Assembly (NCBI GenBank): GCA_900545265.1
Contig: UQYI01000002.1
Location: 16,472-80,471 of the forward strand
Direction: 5' to 3'
Origin: an uncultured Eubacteriales bacterium
Lineage (GTDB): Bacteria; Bacillota; Clostridia; Christensenellales; CAG-138
DNA length: 64,000 nucleotides
The notes beneath the pieces are model-generated. The model did no database searches and was not told the origin of the DNA. It saw only the letters and a program-made list of their open reading frames with translations. Of this stretch, positions 47,585 through 57,134 are shown piece by piece. The position numbers and the translations under genes were made by a program. Each line of letters starts with the position of its first letter. Positions within the stretch are counted from its first letter, which is position 1.

Positions 47585-47613
47585 ATCATAAAATACTCGG
47601 GAAAGAATGTCAA
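47585..47613 (-). promoter_or_regulatory. Sigma-A-type promoter of the six-gene dlt-like operon
   Basis: On the minus strand: TTGACA, a 17-nt spacer, then TATGAT. Confidence 0.55.
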
Positions 47614-47696
47614 CTTTCGGAGAGATTTATTACAATTCCGCCGTATTTGCTCCCGGAAGAGTTTTTCCGGCGGGAACACACGGTGTTCGGCCGGAC

Positions 47697-47725
47697 TTGA
47701 CAAGCGGCGGCGTCCGTTTCATACT
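47697..47725 (+). promoter_or_regulatory. Candidate sigma-A promoter of the alcohol dehydrogenase gene
   Basis: TTGACA, a 17-nt spacer, then CATACT. Confidence 0.5.
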
Positions 47726-47766
47726 TTAGGCATACGCATACCCTTTAAGTGAGGTGAATCAACCAT

Positions 47767-48975
47767 ATGGGCAAAGCCTGTTGTGTATACTGCCGCGGCT
47801 TTCAGCAGCTGATGAAGCTGGCCAATCACTGCATCCGCTACCCCATCCCCCTTCTGACGGAAGGGTACGGCTGCCTGCGGGAGCTCCCCGGCCTGATCCG
47901 CAGGGAGGGCTGCCGAAAGGTGCTTCTTGTCACGGGGAAGCATGTGATCCGCCTGCCGCAGGTGCAGGAACTGCTGACACAGATGAAGGAGAATGGACTT
48001 CCCTATGCTCTGTTTAACGATCTTTCTCCCAACCCCACCAGCGATCAGGTGGAGGCGGGCGTACAGGTATACCGGCAGATGGGATGCGACGGTATCGTGG
48101 CGCTGGGAGGCGGCTCCCCCATGGACTGTGCCAAGGCCATAGGCGCCCGTATAGCCCGCCCCGGCCGTTCCGTCTCCCGGCTTCAGGGGCTGCTGAAGGT
48201 AGGCCGCCCACTGCCTCCTTTGTTTGCTATTCCCACCACTGCCGGCACCGGATCGGAAACCACGCTGGCCGCCGTCATCACCGACAGCGGAACCCATCGG
48301 AAGGCCGCCATCAACGACCCCCGTCTTATGCCCAGGTATGCCCTGCTGGATCCCTCTCTTACCCTGGATCTGCCGCCCTTTACCACCGCTATTACCGGCA
48401 TGGACGCCCTGTGCCACGCCGTGGAAAGCTATACAAACCGCACCTACTGCACCCAAAAGGAGCTGCGCTTTGCTGTTTTGGCGGTGCAGCTGATCCATGA
48501 CTACCTGCCCCGCGCCTTTGCCCACGGAGAAGATCCCGTTGCCCGGGGGCAGATGCTCAAAGCCAGTTTTCTGGCCGGCCGTTCCTTTACCCGTGGATGC
48601 GTGGGGTATGTTCACGCCGTGGGGCATACGCTCAGCGCCCTGTACGGCACCCCTCACGGTCTGGCTATGGCCATTCTGCTGCCTCATGTGCTGCGGGCCT
48701 ACGGCCCGGCGGTCACGGAGCCTCTGGCGGCTCTGGCCCATGCCTGCGGCCTGCCCGGCGTTACCCCCGAGGAGCGGGCGGAGAGCTTCATCGCCTGGAT
48801 AGAATCCAGCAAAGCAGCCATGGGACTGCCGGAATATGCCGACATGATAAAAGACAAGGATATCCCCCAGATTATCCGCTGGGCTATGAAGGAAGCCAAC
48901 CCGCTCTATCCTGTGCCCGTTGTTTGGGGAAAGGAAGAATTCACTGCCCTGCTGCAAAGAGCCCGGGGTCTGTAA
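47767..48975 (+). CDS. Iron-containing (group III) alcohol dehydrogenase
   Basis: GGGSPMDCAKA, TTAGTGSE and the metal-binding His cluster (HAVGHTLSALYGTPHG). Confidence 0.9.
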   Translation: MGKACCVYCRGFQQLMKLANHCIRYPIPLLTEGYGCLRELPGLIRREGCRKVLLVTGKHVIRLPQVQELLTQMKENGLPYALFNDLSPNPTSDQVEAGVQVYRQMGCDGIVALGGGSPMDCAKAIGARIARPGRSVSRLQGLLKVGRPLPPLFAIPTTAGTGSETTLAAVITDSGTHRKAAINDPRLMPRYALLDPSLTLDLPPFTTAITGMDALCHAVESYTNRTYCTQKELRFAVLAVQLIHDYLPRAFAHGEDPVARGQMLKASFLAGRSFTRGCVGYVHAVGHTLSALYGTPHGLAMAILLPHVLRAYGPAVTEPLAALAHACGLPGVTPEERAESFIAWIESSKAAMGLPEYADMIKDKDIPQIIRWAMKEANPLYPVPVVWGKEEFTALLQRARGL

Positions 48976-48991
48976 CTGCATATTGCCCTAA

Positions 48992-49016
48992 AAGAGGCTG
49001 TGAAAAGCCTCTTTTT
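48992..49016 (+). terminator. Rho-independent terminator of the ADH gene
   Basis: aagaggct-gtgaaa-agcctctt hairpin followed by TTT. Confidence 0.6.
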
Positions 49017-49082
49017 AAGTACATTCTCCCAGAAAAAAGAAGCGCCCCCGTATATGGGCAGGGGACGCCGGGATACGGCGCT

Positions 49083-49200
49083 GGTTTGTATACGAAAGCC
49101 GGGGGCGCACGTTCCGGCGGCTTTGCCGCCGGAACTCTGCGGGGGCATCCGCCCCGCAGGCGTGCCGCCAGGCACGCAGTGCGCCCCCCGCTTCCCGGCA
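49083..49200 (+). repeat. Structured GC-rich intergenic repeat, copy 2 (cloverleaf core 49101-49188)
   Basis: The best-paired copy: closing stem gggggcgcac/gtgcgccccc plus three perfect hairpins. Confidence 0.8.
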
Positions 49201-49387
49201 ATCTCCTTGCCTCCCTCGATCCCTCCCCCTGCCCGCCGGAAAGAGTCTTTTCTCTCCCAAAAACAAAAAATGGCTCCGCACCCCAATGGGTACGGAACCG
49301 TTTTTACCGTATAGCCTCCGAAAAACCGATGGATGGTAAAAAGGCTGCCCGTCAGTTGCTCCTCCATACACACCGGAGCTACAATGT

Positions 49388-50059
49388 TTAGTTTGCTTTT
49401 GCGGCAGCGGGCGTCTCCTTTTCATGGAGCCAGCAGGAGAGCCTCTCCCCAAAGAGTTTATGATACAACCAGATAGCCCGGCCGGTACCCAAAGCGCAGA
49501 GAACCGTTCCTTCCCGCACACCGGCCACGGCACCCAGGCCGATCCAGGAGACCAGTACCGTAAGCAGTACACAGCCTATATCAAAGCAGTTCTTCATAAA
49601 GGCCACGGAACGCCCCCATTTTTTTGCCCCATGGCTCACCAGCCCTTCCGCAGGCTGCACGGCCACGTCCGCCCCCATATACAGTTCCAGTCCCAATCCT
49701 ACCACAAAAACAGACAGCAACAGTATCCCCAGCTGCATGGCATAGCCGGAAACCTGTATCCCTTCCAGCAGCAGGTTGGTCAAAGTCAGCAGTTTGCCGA
49801 AAAGGATGGCAGAAGGCAGCTGCAAAAAGAACAGAAGCTTGAACTCCCGCTCAAAAAACAGGCATTGCAGCAGAAAATAAACGCCCTGCACCAGGATCAT
49901 CATATTCCCCACTTCCACCCCGGTGACCAGAGAAAAGGCCAGCGCCACGGAGCTGGCCGGAGAGACCCCCAGCCCGCTGATGATAGACAAAGATACTCCC
50001 AGCGCCAGAATAAACTGCCCCAGCACATACAGACCCAGCCTGAGCATCCATTTTTTCAT
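49388..50059 (-). CDS. YczE/DUF6198-like integral membrane protein
   Basis: Internal start MKKWMLRLGLYVLGQFILALGVSLSIISGLGVSPASS, typical of this family. ~223 aa, 6 TM. Confidence 0.7.
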   Translation of the reverse strand: MKKWMLRLGLYVLGQFILALGVSLSIISGLGVSPASSVALAFSLVTGVEVGNMMILVQGVYFLLQCLFFEREFKLLFFLQLPSAILFGKLLTLTNLLLEGIQVSGYAMQLGILLLSVFVVGLGLELYMGADVAVQPAEGLVSHGAKKWGRSVAFMKNCFDIGCVLLTVLVSWIGLGAVAGVREGTVLCALGTGRAIWLYHKLFGERLSCWLHEKETPAAAKAN

Positions 50060-50137
50060 ACACGCCTCCTTATTCCGCAATTCGAGCCAGTATACCACAG
50101 GAAACGCCTCATGACCAGAAAAATTTCCGCCCGGAGT

Positions 50138-50169
50138 GCATAGTTTTCTTTCCCCCGGGCACACTGATA
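50138..50169 (+). promoter_or_regulatory. Possible forespore sigma (F/G)-type promoter upstream of spoVAD
   Basis: GCATA, a 17-nt spacer, then CACACTGATA resembles the GHATR-N17/18-CAT.CTA type consensus. By eye only. Confidence 0.3.
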
Positions 50170-50188
50170 AAAAAATGTGGAGGCAGTT

Positions 50189-51211
50189 ATGGAATCGACT
50201 GGCCATACCCTATTCTTTGACCGTGGGGTGCATGTGTGCGCCGCCGCCGGGGTAGCAGGCCCCGCAGAGGGAAAGGGCCCCCTGGGAGAGGCCTTTGACG
50301 TAGTACTTACCGATGACCGTCTGGGGGAACAGACCTTTGAGCGGGGCGAGAAGCGCATGCTCATGGAAGCCGCCCGGCTGTGTCTTGGCAAGGGCAAGTT
50401 GGATCCGGAAAACTGCGGCTGCTTTCTGTGCGGGGATCTGCTCAACCAGATCGTCACCTCCAGCTTTGCCGCCCGGGAACTGGGGCTTCCCTATCTGGGG
50501 CTGTACGGAGCCTGCTCCACCATGACGGAAGGGCTGCTTCTGGGCGGTGTGCTGACAGACGGCGGGTACCGCCCCAACGCTCTATGCGCCGCCAGCAGTC
50601 ATTTTTCCACGGCAGAACGTCAATATCGTTTTCCGTTGGAAATGGGCACTACCACACCCCCTTCCGCTCAGCGAACAGCCACCGGCGCAGGAGCCGTCCT
50701 TGTATCCGGTGAATCTGTGCCCGGCAGTCCCCTGCAGCATGTGCGGCTGAAAAGCGCCACCATCGGCCGGGTCATCGACATGGGCATCACTGACGGAAGC
50801 AACATGGGGGCGGCCATGGCACCCGCCGCCTATGATTCCATATGCCGCCACCTGCTGGATACAGGCCGTGCCCCGGAAGCATACGATGCCATTTATACGG
50901 GAGATCTTGGCCGTTTTGGCCGGCAGATGCTTTTGGAGCTTTTTGAACGGGAAGGGCTGGATCTGAGCAAGAAGCACTTTGACTGCGGCGAGATACTTTT
51001 TTCCCCGGAACAGGGGTATCAGTGCGGCGGCTCCGGCTGCGGATGCAGCGCCATCGTTCTGGCCTGTCATGTGCTTCCCCGGCTGGAGGCCGGCTCCCTC
51101 CGACGGGTGCTGTTTTTGTCTACCGGAGCCCTGCTGAGTCCCCTTACCTGCAACCAGGGGGAAAGCATACCGGGCATTGCCCATGTGATCGAATTGGAAA
51201 GAGAGGCATAA
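50189..51211 (+). CDS. spoVAD: Stage V sporulation protein AD
   Basis: Thiolase-like SpoVAD sequence (GVAGPAEGKGPLGEAFDVV..DDRLGEQTFE..YLGLYGACST..). ATG at 50189 has GGAGG 5 nt upstream. Confidence 0.9.
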   Translation: MESTGHTLFFDRGVHVCAAAGVAGPAEGKGPLGEAFDVVLTDDRLGEQTFERGEKRMLMEAARLCLGKGKLDPENCGCFLCGDLLNQIVTSSFAARELGLPYLGLYGACSTMTEGLLLGGVLTDGGYRPNALCAASSHFSTAERQYRFPLEMGTTTPPSAQRTATGAGAVLVSGESVPGSPLQHVRLKSATIGRVIDMGITDGSNMGAAMAPAAYDSICRHLLDTGRAPEAYDAIYTGDLGRFGRQMLLELFEREGLDLSKKHFDCGEILFSPEQGYQCGGSGCGCSAIVLACHVLPRLEAGSLRRVLFLSTGALLSPLTCNQGESIPGIAHVIELEREA

Positions 51212-51213
51212 CT

Positions 51214-51576
51214 ATGGAACCGCTGCAATATCTTTGGGCCTTTCTTATTGGAGGCGCCCTGTGTGCCATAGGGCAGCTGCTGATTTCCCTGACCCGCCTG
51301 ACTTCCGCCCGTATTCTGGTGGTATATGTAGTGGCCGGGGTGATATTGGGGGCCCTTGGACTGTATGCCCCCCTGCTGGAAGCAGGAGGCTGCGGCGCCA
51401 GCGTGCCGCTGACCGGTTTTGGTGCCCTGCTGGCCAAAGGCGCCATTGAAGCCGTACAGGAACAGGGTCTGCTGGGGGCTTTTACCGGCGGCGCCTCCGC
51501 CAGCGCCGGGGGCGTTACGGGGGCCATCTTTTTCGGCTGTATTTTTGCTCTGCTGGCCCGACCGAAAACAAAATGA
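51214..51576 (+). CDS. spoVAE: Stage V sporulation protein AE
   Basis: 120-aa membrane protein MEPLQYLWAFLIGGALCAIGQLLI..VPLTGFGA, immediately after spoVAD. Confidence 0.85.
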   Translation: MEPLQYLWAFLIGGALCAIGQLLISLTRLTSARILVVYVVAGVILGALGLYAPLLEAGGCGASVPLTGFGALLAKGAIEAVQEQGLLGAFTGGASASAGGVTGAIFFGCIFALLARPKTK

Positions 51577-51889
51577 CCGATCGAAAAATCACACAATGCA
51601 CCTGATGGAAGCCCCCCTGCGGCAGCAGCGGGGGCTTTAGCTTCGATCCCTTGCACTGCAATAAACGCCGCCCTTTCTTCCCCATGGGGCTGCCATTCCG
51701 CCATATTCGATCTTTTCCCGTTCCCGGGCTGCCCGCATACATCTATAGCTTGCCGGATCGTCCCCGGCGTTTCCCTCCTGAATGACTTCCGCTGCCTTGC
51801 AGGCTGCCGTCACAACCCGTTTCTATCCTGTCAGAAAGGCTTTTTCTCACAGGCACAAGTTTTCCTGATCCCTCTTGCAGGGGATTCCG

Positions 51890-51923
51890 AAAATAAAAAA
51901 GCAGACCCTTGCAGCAGGTCTGC
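51890..51923 (-). terminator. Terminator downstream of mnmE (bidirectional hairpin)
   Basis: gcagacc-cttgcagca-ggtctgc hairpin. On the minus strand it is followed by TTTTTTATTTT. Confidence 0.65.
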
Positions 51924-51955
51924 TTTAATTCTGTACGCTGTAAGCGTTTATCTCT

Positions 51956-53257
51956 TTATTTGCCCACGCAGAAGCGGGAGAATATGGCATCGATGACCGC
52001 TTCATCCGCATCCCGGCCGGTAATGGCCCCCAGGCAATGGAGGGCTTCCCGGATATCCGTGGCGGCGCAGTCCTCCTCCGGGGCCGCCAGGGCGGATGCC
52101 AATGCCTTTTCCGCCTGTTCCAGCGCATGGATGTGCCGTTCGTTGGTGATGCAGCCCTGATGCTCTCCTGGCCCGGCCAGCGCCAGCACACGCTGCTTCA
52201 GTTCCGGAAGCCCCGCTCCCGTCCATGCGCTGACGGAAATATCCCCGAATACATCCTTACATGGGGGCAGATCCCCCTTGCTGCGCACCAGGATCCGCCG
52301 TTTCTCCGCTGTCAGGCGCAAAAGCCCGGCATCCTCTTCCGTCAGCGGTCCGGTACCGTCCAGCACCAGCAGTACCACATCCGCCTCTTCCAGTGCCTTT
52401 CTGGCCCGCTGTACCCCTATGCGCTCCGCCTCGTCCCCGGTTTCCCGGATACCGGCCGTATCTACCAGCCGCACAGGCACTCCGCCGAAAGCTGTCTGTT
52501 CATCCAGCACATCCCGTGTGGTGCCGGGAATGGCGGTGACAATGGCTCTTTCCTCCCCCAGCAGAGCATTGAGCAAAGAGCTTTTGCCCACATTGGGCCG
52601 CCCCACCAGCGCCACCTTCAGTCCTTCCCGCAGAACACGATCCCGCCGTCCCGCTTCGATAAGCTGCCGGATATCCTCCAATGCCGCCTCCACCAGAGCA
52701 GGCACCTCCAGAGCGGCCTGTGCTTCCATTTCTTCCGGATAATCCATGGCAGCGTCCAGTGTAGACAGCGCTGTCAGCAGCCGCTCCTCGTTTTCCCGGA
52801 TGCGGCGCATCAGAGCTCCATGAAGCTGTTCCAAAGCTGCCCGGCGGCTGCCCTGAGCCCGTGACTGGATCAGATCCATCACAGCCTCCGCCGAAGAAAG
52901 ATCCATCTTTCCGTTCATAAAGGCCCGGCGTGTAAACTCGCCCCCCTCCGCCGGGCGAAGCCCGCAGCGGCTAAGACAGGCCAACAGGGCCTGAACCGTA
53001 GCGCTGCCTCCGTGGCAATGCAGCTCCAGCATATCCTCTCCGGTATAGGTCTTTGGCCCGGGCAAATAAGCGGCCATGCAGTCGTCCAGCACTTCTCCCT
53101 CTTCCTGCACTTGTACATACCGCAGGGCATGAGGGGTTCGTGTCAAATCCCGGCTGAGTATTTTTTTTACTACGGCGCAGCACTCCGGCCCGGAAAGGCG
53201 CACCACGGCTACGGCGCCGCCAATGGCGGAAGAGGGCGCATAAATGGTATCCTGCAT
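51956..53257 (-). CDS. mnmE: tRNA modification GTPase MnmE
   Basis: DTIYAPSSA..GAVAVVRLSG N-terminus, G-domain GRPNVGKSSLLN, DTAG, C-terminal FCVGK. Confidence 0.93.
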   Translation of the reverse strand: MQDTIYAPSSAIGGAVAVVRLSGPECCAVVKKILSRDLTRTPHALRYVQVQEEGEVLDDCMAAYLPGPKTYTGEDMLELHCHGGSATVQALLACLSRCGLRPAEGGEFTRRAFMNGKMDLSSAEAVMDLIQSRAQGSRRAALEQLHGALMRRIRENEERLLTALSTLDAAMDYPEEMEAQAALEVPALVEAALEDIRQLIEAGRRDRVLREGLKVALVGRPNVGKSSLLNALLGEERAIVTAIPGTTRDVLDEQTAFGGVPVRLVDTAGIRETGDEAERIGVQRARKALEEADVVLLVLDGTGPLTEEDAGLLRLTAEKRRILVRSKGDLPPCKDVFGDISVSAWTGAGLPELKQRVLALAGPGEHQGCITNERHIHALEQAEKALASALAAPEEDCAATDIREALHCLGAITGRDADEAVIDAIFSRFCVGK

Positions 53258-53457
53258 ACAAAAGATGGGGCTTCCCTCTCCTTTTATACCCCTTCGGAGA
53301 GCTTTTCACTTACGGCTGCATATGCCCTTTTGCGGGCTGCCGCACCGCCGTTTCCCGCTTTTCACAGGAAACCGTTCAATGTTACAGCCTGTCTGAAAGC
53401 GGCTCTTCCCGCTTTTTTTCCGTTAAAAAAGGAGCTGTTTGAACAGCCCCCTTATAC

Positions 53458-54303
53458 TTAGTCGTTGGACGGCTCTATGATCACCCGGCGATTGGGCTCC
53501 TCGCCCTCGGAATGGGTGGTAACGCCCCGGAAATCCTGCAAAGCGGAGTGGAAGATCCGCCGCTCATAGGGATTCATGGGCTCCATGGCCATAGGACGGC
53601 CGGTCTTATACACTTTCAGTGCATTCCGGCGGGCCAGCTTCCGCAGAGTATCCTCCCGGCGGGCCCGATAGCCTTCCGTATCCACGCTCACCCGGCGATA
53701 TCCATCCTCCCGGCGGCTGCGGTTCTCATACAGGGATACGATATACTGCAGGGCATCCAGCGTTTCTCCCCGGCGGCCGATGAGCAGTCCGTCGGTGCTG
53801 CTTTCGATGGAAAGACGGATGCCGCCCTCCTTATCCATGCAGGCTTTCACCGTGCCCTGGATCTGCATCTTGTTCAGCAGTTCCTGAAGGAATTTGGCTG
53901 CTTCCAGTTCCTGGGCCGCTTCCAGCGTATAAACCGTCTCCTCCGCAGGTGCCTCGCTGCGCTCCTGACGGCGGGGAGCCTTGCCCTCATCCCGGCGCTC
54001 CCGGGGCTTGCGGTCCTCTCTGCGTTCCCGGGGCCGATCCTCTCTGGGTCTTTCTTCCCGGGCCTTGCGGGCCGCCTGCTTCTGCTCCCGGCGCTCTTCG
54101 TTGACGGCGTCAAAATCGGGCACCACGGGCACTTCCCGCTCCGTCAACCGGACGATGGCGTTTCTGGCGCCCAGGCCAAAGATGCCCTTGCTTTCATTCT
54201 GGACGGTAACGATATCCACCTGATCGATGGTCACGCCCATTTCATTGAGGCCGTGGAAGATGGCTTCGTCTACCGTGCGGCCGGAAAATTCCATGGTTCT
54301 CAT
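53458..54303 (-). CDS. jag: Jag/KhpB RNA-binding protein (Jag_N, KH, R3H)
   Basis: Jag_N start (GRTVDEAI..GL), a basic/acidic linker, KH and R3H (PMNPYERRIFHSAL). The start overlaps the yidC stop. Confidence 0.85.
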   Translation of the reverse strand: MRTMEFSGRTVDEAIFHGLNEMGVTIDQVDIVTVQNESKGIFGLGARNAIVRLTEREVPVVPDFDAVNEERREQKQAARKAREERPREDRPRERREDRKPRERRDEGKAPRRQERSEAPAEETVYTLEAAQELEAAKFLQELLNKMQIQGTVKACMDKEGGIRLSIESSTDGLLIGRRGETLDALQYIVSLYENRSRREDGYRRVSVDTEGYRARREDTLRKLARRNALKVYKTGRPMAMEPMNPYERRIFHSALQDFRGVTTHSEGEEPNRRVIIEPSND

Positions 54304-55313
54304 TTCTTCTTCTTCTCCTCGCTCCTGGCCAAAATGGCAGGCATTTTCTTGTTGATAATGAATCCGGTCAGGGTAGCAAACACGTTGCTGAACACCCAGT
54401 ACCAGGCAAAGGTGGAGTCATACTGCCAGCAGAAGAAAATGGACATCAGGGGCATGATATACATCATGGACTTGCCGCTGTTGGCCGCAGGATCCGCCTT
54501 GGGCTGATTGCGCATCATGATCCAGCTGGAAAGGAAGGAGGTAGCGCCTGCCAGTATGGGCAGAACGCCCAGGCCGTTTACATATCCGGCAAAGCGATCG
54601 ATGCAGGGCCCCATGATCTGCTCATAGGCCTTCAAAAAGGCGGTGTTGTCTGCAGCTACGGTAAGGGCACCGGCGGCATCCTTCACATAGAAGCCCATAT
54701 CGGTGAGCAGGGTCTCAAAGGCAGCCTGATTTTCGGAATAGAAGATGAACTTGTCGATAAATGTCCCGTTGGTCTCGGCAAAGGTCCGCCAGAACTCGGT
54801 GCCGGTCATAACGGCGGAGCTGCTCAGGTTATCGGGCCGCCAGATATTCTGGATCCAGAAGAACTTGTAGGAATTGAACATCTCCACACCGGCCAGCTGA
54901 TCCTGGCTCATGGTCAGCAGCAGACGGAGCATCTGCTCGTTGGACCAGGCGCGGAAGGCGTTGATAAAGATAAAGAACAGAGGCATGGTGATCAGCAGGG
55001 GCAGGCAGCCGCCAAAAGCGGAAACGCCGTTGTCCTGCATGAGTTTTCTCTGCTCCAGATTCAGCCGCTGGGGATCGTTTCCGTATTTCTTCTGGAGTTT
55101 TTGCAGATCCGGCTGGATCTTGGCCATTTTGGCCGAAGATTTGCGGGAAGAAATGTCGGAAAACACCGTCAGCAGACGGATGGCCAGGGTGAAAACGGCA
55201 ATGGTCAGAACGATCACGAAGGAAGCCTGCCAGCCCGTCAGGGAAAGCAGATACTCGTAGATCCAGCGCATGGCCAGATAGAACCACTTGGTCAGGAAAA
55301 ATGCGTTGCTCAA
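54300..55313 (-). CDS. yidC: Membrane protein insertase YidC/SpoIIIJ family
   Basis: 60-kDa IMP core motifs (GGCLPLLITMPLFFIF), 337 aa, position between yidD and jag. Confidence 0.9.
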   Translation of the reverse strand: MSNAFFLTKWFYLAMRWIYEYLLSLTGWQASFVIVLTIAVFTLAIRLLTVFSDISSRKSSAKMAKIQPDLQKLQKKYGNDPQRLNLEQRKLMQDNGVSAFGGCLPLLITMPLFFIFINAFRAWSNEQMLRLLLTMSQDQLAGVEMFNSYKFFWIQNIWRPDNLSSSAVMTGTEFWRTFAETNGTFIDKFIFYSENQAAFETLLTDMGFYVKDAAGALTVAADNTAFLKAYEQIMGPCIDRFAGYVNGLGVLPILAGATSFLSSWIMMRNQPKADPAANSGKSMMYIMPLMSIFFCWQYDSTFAWYWVFSNVFATLTGFIINKKMPAILARSEEKKKK

Positions 55314-55342
55314 TGGGATCTCCTTTTGATTAAAAGCGTCTT

Positions 55343-55552
55343 TCAGGGCACCGGATCATAGCCGCCCCGGCAAAGGGGGTTGCAGCGCAGCAGGCGCCAC
55401 AGTGCCATGGCCGTACCCTTGAAAGCGCCGTATTTGCGGATAGCCTCCAAGGCGTATTGGGAGCAGGTAGGGGTAAAGCGGCAGCACCGGGGATGATAGG
55501 GCGAGATCTCCCGCTGATAAAAACGAATGCACCAGAGCAGAGCCCGCTTCAC
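55343..55552 (-). CDS. yidD: Membrane protein insertion efficiency factor YidD
   Basis: 69 aa. [23 protein letters not shown] and RLLRCNP are hallmark YidD motifs. Confidence 0.88.
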   Translation of the reverse strand: MKRALLWCIRFYQREISPYHPRCCRFTPTCSQYALEAIRKYGAFKGTAMALWRLLRCNPLCRGGYDPVP

Positions 55553-55926
55553 GGGCTTACCTCCCCGGCGGGTTCCTCTTTATACAACCCGGCCTTTTGC
55601 AGGGCTTTGCAGATCTCCTTCTGCATCCGGTCAAAGGGGAGGAACAGCGCCTCCCGCCGGGCAATGAAAATAAGATTCCGGCCCGGCTGGGTCAGCGGCA
55701 GAAATGGCGTATACGCCGCTTTCAGCCTCCGCTTGCAGCGGTTGCGCTCCACGCTGCTGCCCACTTTTTTGGATACGGAAAAGCCCACCTGCACCTTGCC
55801 CGACCGGTTCCGGGCGGTGACCAGGGCAAAACACCCGGCGTTCACCCGGCGCCCCGCCCGATAGGTGTAGCGGAACTCCTTATGCCGTTTGAGGGAATAG
55901 GTTCTGTTCAACGGAAACTGCCTCAT
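55549..55926 (-). CDS. rnpA: Ribonuclease P protein component
   Basis: [39 protein letters not shown] (RNR motif). Located between rpmH and yidD. Confidence 0.87.
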   Translation of the reverse strand: MRQFPLNRTYSLKRHKEFRYTYRAGRRVNAGCFALVTARNRSGKVQVGFSVSKKVGSSVERNRCKRRLKAAYTPFLPLTQPGRNLIFIARREALFLPFDRMQKEICKALQKAGLYKEEPAGEVSP

Positions 55927-56051
55927 GCCTCTCCAAAGAGAAGCCTGCAAAAATACCCCTAAATAGAAACGCACGGCAAGCTCTTATAAAGCTTGCCGCA
56001 GCGCTGCGAGTATGTGGGGGAAAAGCCCCCCCGTGAAGGCCCTGCGCTGCC

Positions 56052-56186
56052 TTATGCGCTGAGCTTCTTGCGGCCCTTGGCACGGCGGCGACGAAGAACG
56101 TTGCGGCCATCTGCGGTGGCCATGCGGGCACGGAAGCCGTGCACCTTGCTGCGCTGCCTCTTTTTGGGCTGGAAAGTACGTACCAT
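56052..56186 (-). CDS. rpmH: 50S ribosomal protein L34
   Basis: [44 protein letters not shown] (44 aa). Confidence 0.94.
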   Translation of the reverse strand: MVRTFQPKKRQRSKVHGFRARMATADGRNVLRRRRAKGRKKLSA

Positions 56187-56323
56187 GATAACACCTCTCT
56201 TAGTTTTTATAAGTTCATGTGCAGGCCTTTGGATATGCGGTCTGCTCCAAAATAAGCCTGTTACATTATACGGGAGTCGAACATGGATGTCAAGGAGTTT
56301 TGTAAAATTACACTGTTTCCGGC

Positions 56324-56354
56324 AGAAAAAATACCGGGAAGGCACCCCTCCCGG
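56324..56354 (-). terminator. Terminator downstream of the carD-like gene
   Basis: On the minus strand: ccgggagg-ggtgc-cttcccgg hairpin followed by TATTTTTT. Confidence 0.6.
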
Positions 56355-56373
56355 CAGCGGCGGCAAAAGCGGC

Positions 56374-56850
56374 TCAGCCCCCCACCAGAGGGAGATAGGC
56401 TTCCTCTTCCATGCCGCTGGCGGCGCAAAGCTCCCCTATGAGCACCTGCCGGGCCGTAAGAAACATTTTTCTTTCTCCGGCGGAAAGGCCCCGTTCTCTG
56501 TCCCGCTTCATCAGGCACTTGACCACATCGGCCACCACCAGAATGTCTCCGCCCTTGAGCTTATCCAGATTCTCCCGGTAACGCTGATTCCAGTTTTCGC
56601 TTTCGCTGGAGCAGTCCCCTTCCCGCAAAAAGGCAATGACCCGGCCGCAGGTCTCCCTGTCTGCCAGGCTCCTGAGCCCTACGCTGTCCGCCTTTTTCAC
56701 CGGTACCATCGCCGTCATGCGGCCCATGATGAACCGCAGCAGATAATACTGGCAGGTCTCCCCCAGGATCGTCTGCTCCTGAATGGCTTCCACCACCCCT
56801 ACCCCGTGCATGGGATAGCACACCATATCGCCAATGGAAAACACGGACAA
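56374..56850 (-). CDS. CarD/CdnL-family transcriptional regulator
   Basis: [34 protein letters not shown] (CarD_CdnL_TRCF N-domain) plus a helical C-domain. 158 aa. Confidence 0.8.
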   Translation of the reverse strand: MSVFSIGDMVCYPMHGVGVVEAIQEQTILGETCQYYLLRFIMGRMTAMVPVKKADSVGLRSLADRETCGRVIAFLREGDCSSESENWNQRYRENLDKLKGGDILVVADVVKCLMKRDRERGLSAGERKMFLTARQVLIGELCAASGMEEEAYLPLVGG

Positions 56851-57134
56851 AGCTCCCTTCTGTCAAGATACTTTTATTATATAGGACTTTATCCGCCTTG
56901 TCAAACGAAAAAATTTTTATCATACTACAGTCATATTCCCGTGTCAACACTTTTTTCTTTTCGCAAATGCCTAACAGACGGAGTCCTTTCCGTCGGGCAG
57001 AGCGGGAAATAAAAAATCCCGTCAGAAAGAATGTTTTCCGCAAGCGGTTCCGCCATGACCGTTCTTGTGTTTTTTCCCCGGGCAACGTATAATAAAAGAC
57101 AAAATGAAGATCAGAATATGGAGACATAACGACC

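Noticed and set aside
51640-51890. Unassigned ~250 bp between spoVAE and the mnmE terminator
   Set aside because: It has no credible ORF and no strong structure or repeat, only short similarity (GGATCGTCCCCG) to a string near 25812 that is too short to interpret.
56260-56300. GTTCGACTCCC-like string (minus strand) as a tRNA T-arm
   Set aside because: The flanking bases do not form a T-stem or an acceptor stem. It lies in the rpmH promoter and leader region.
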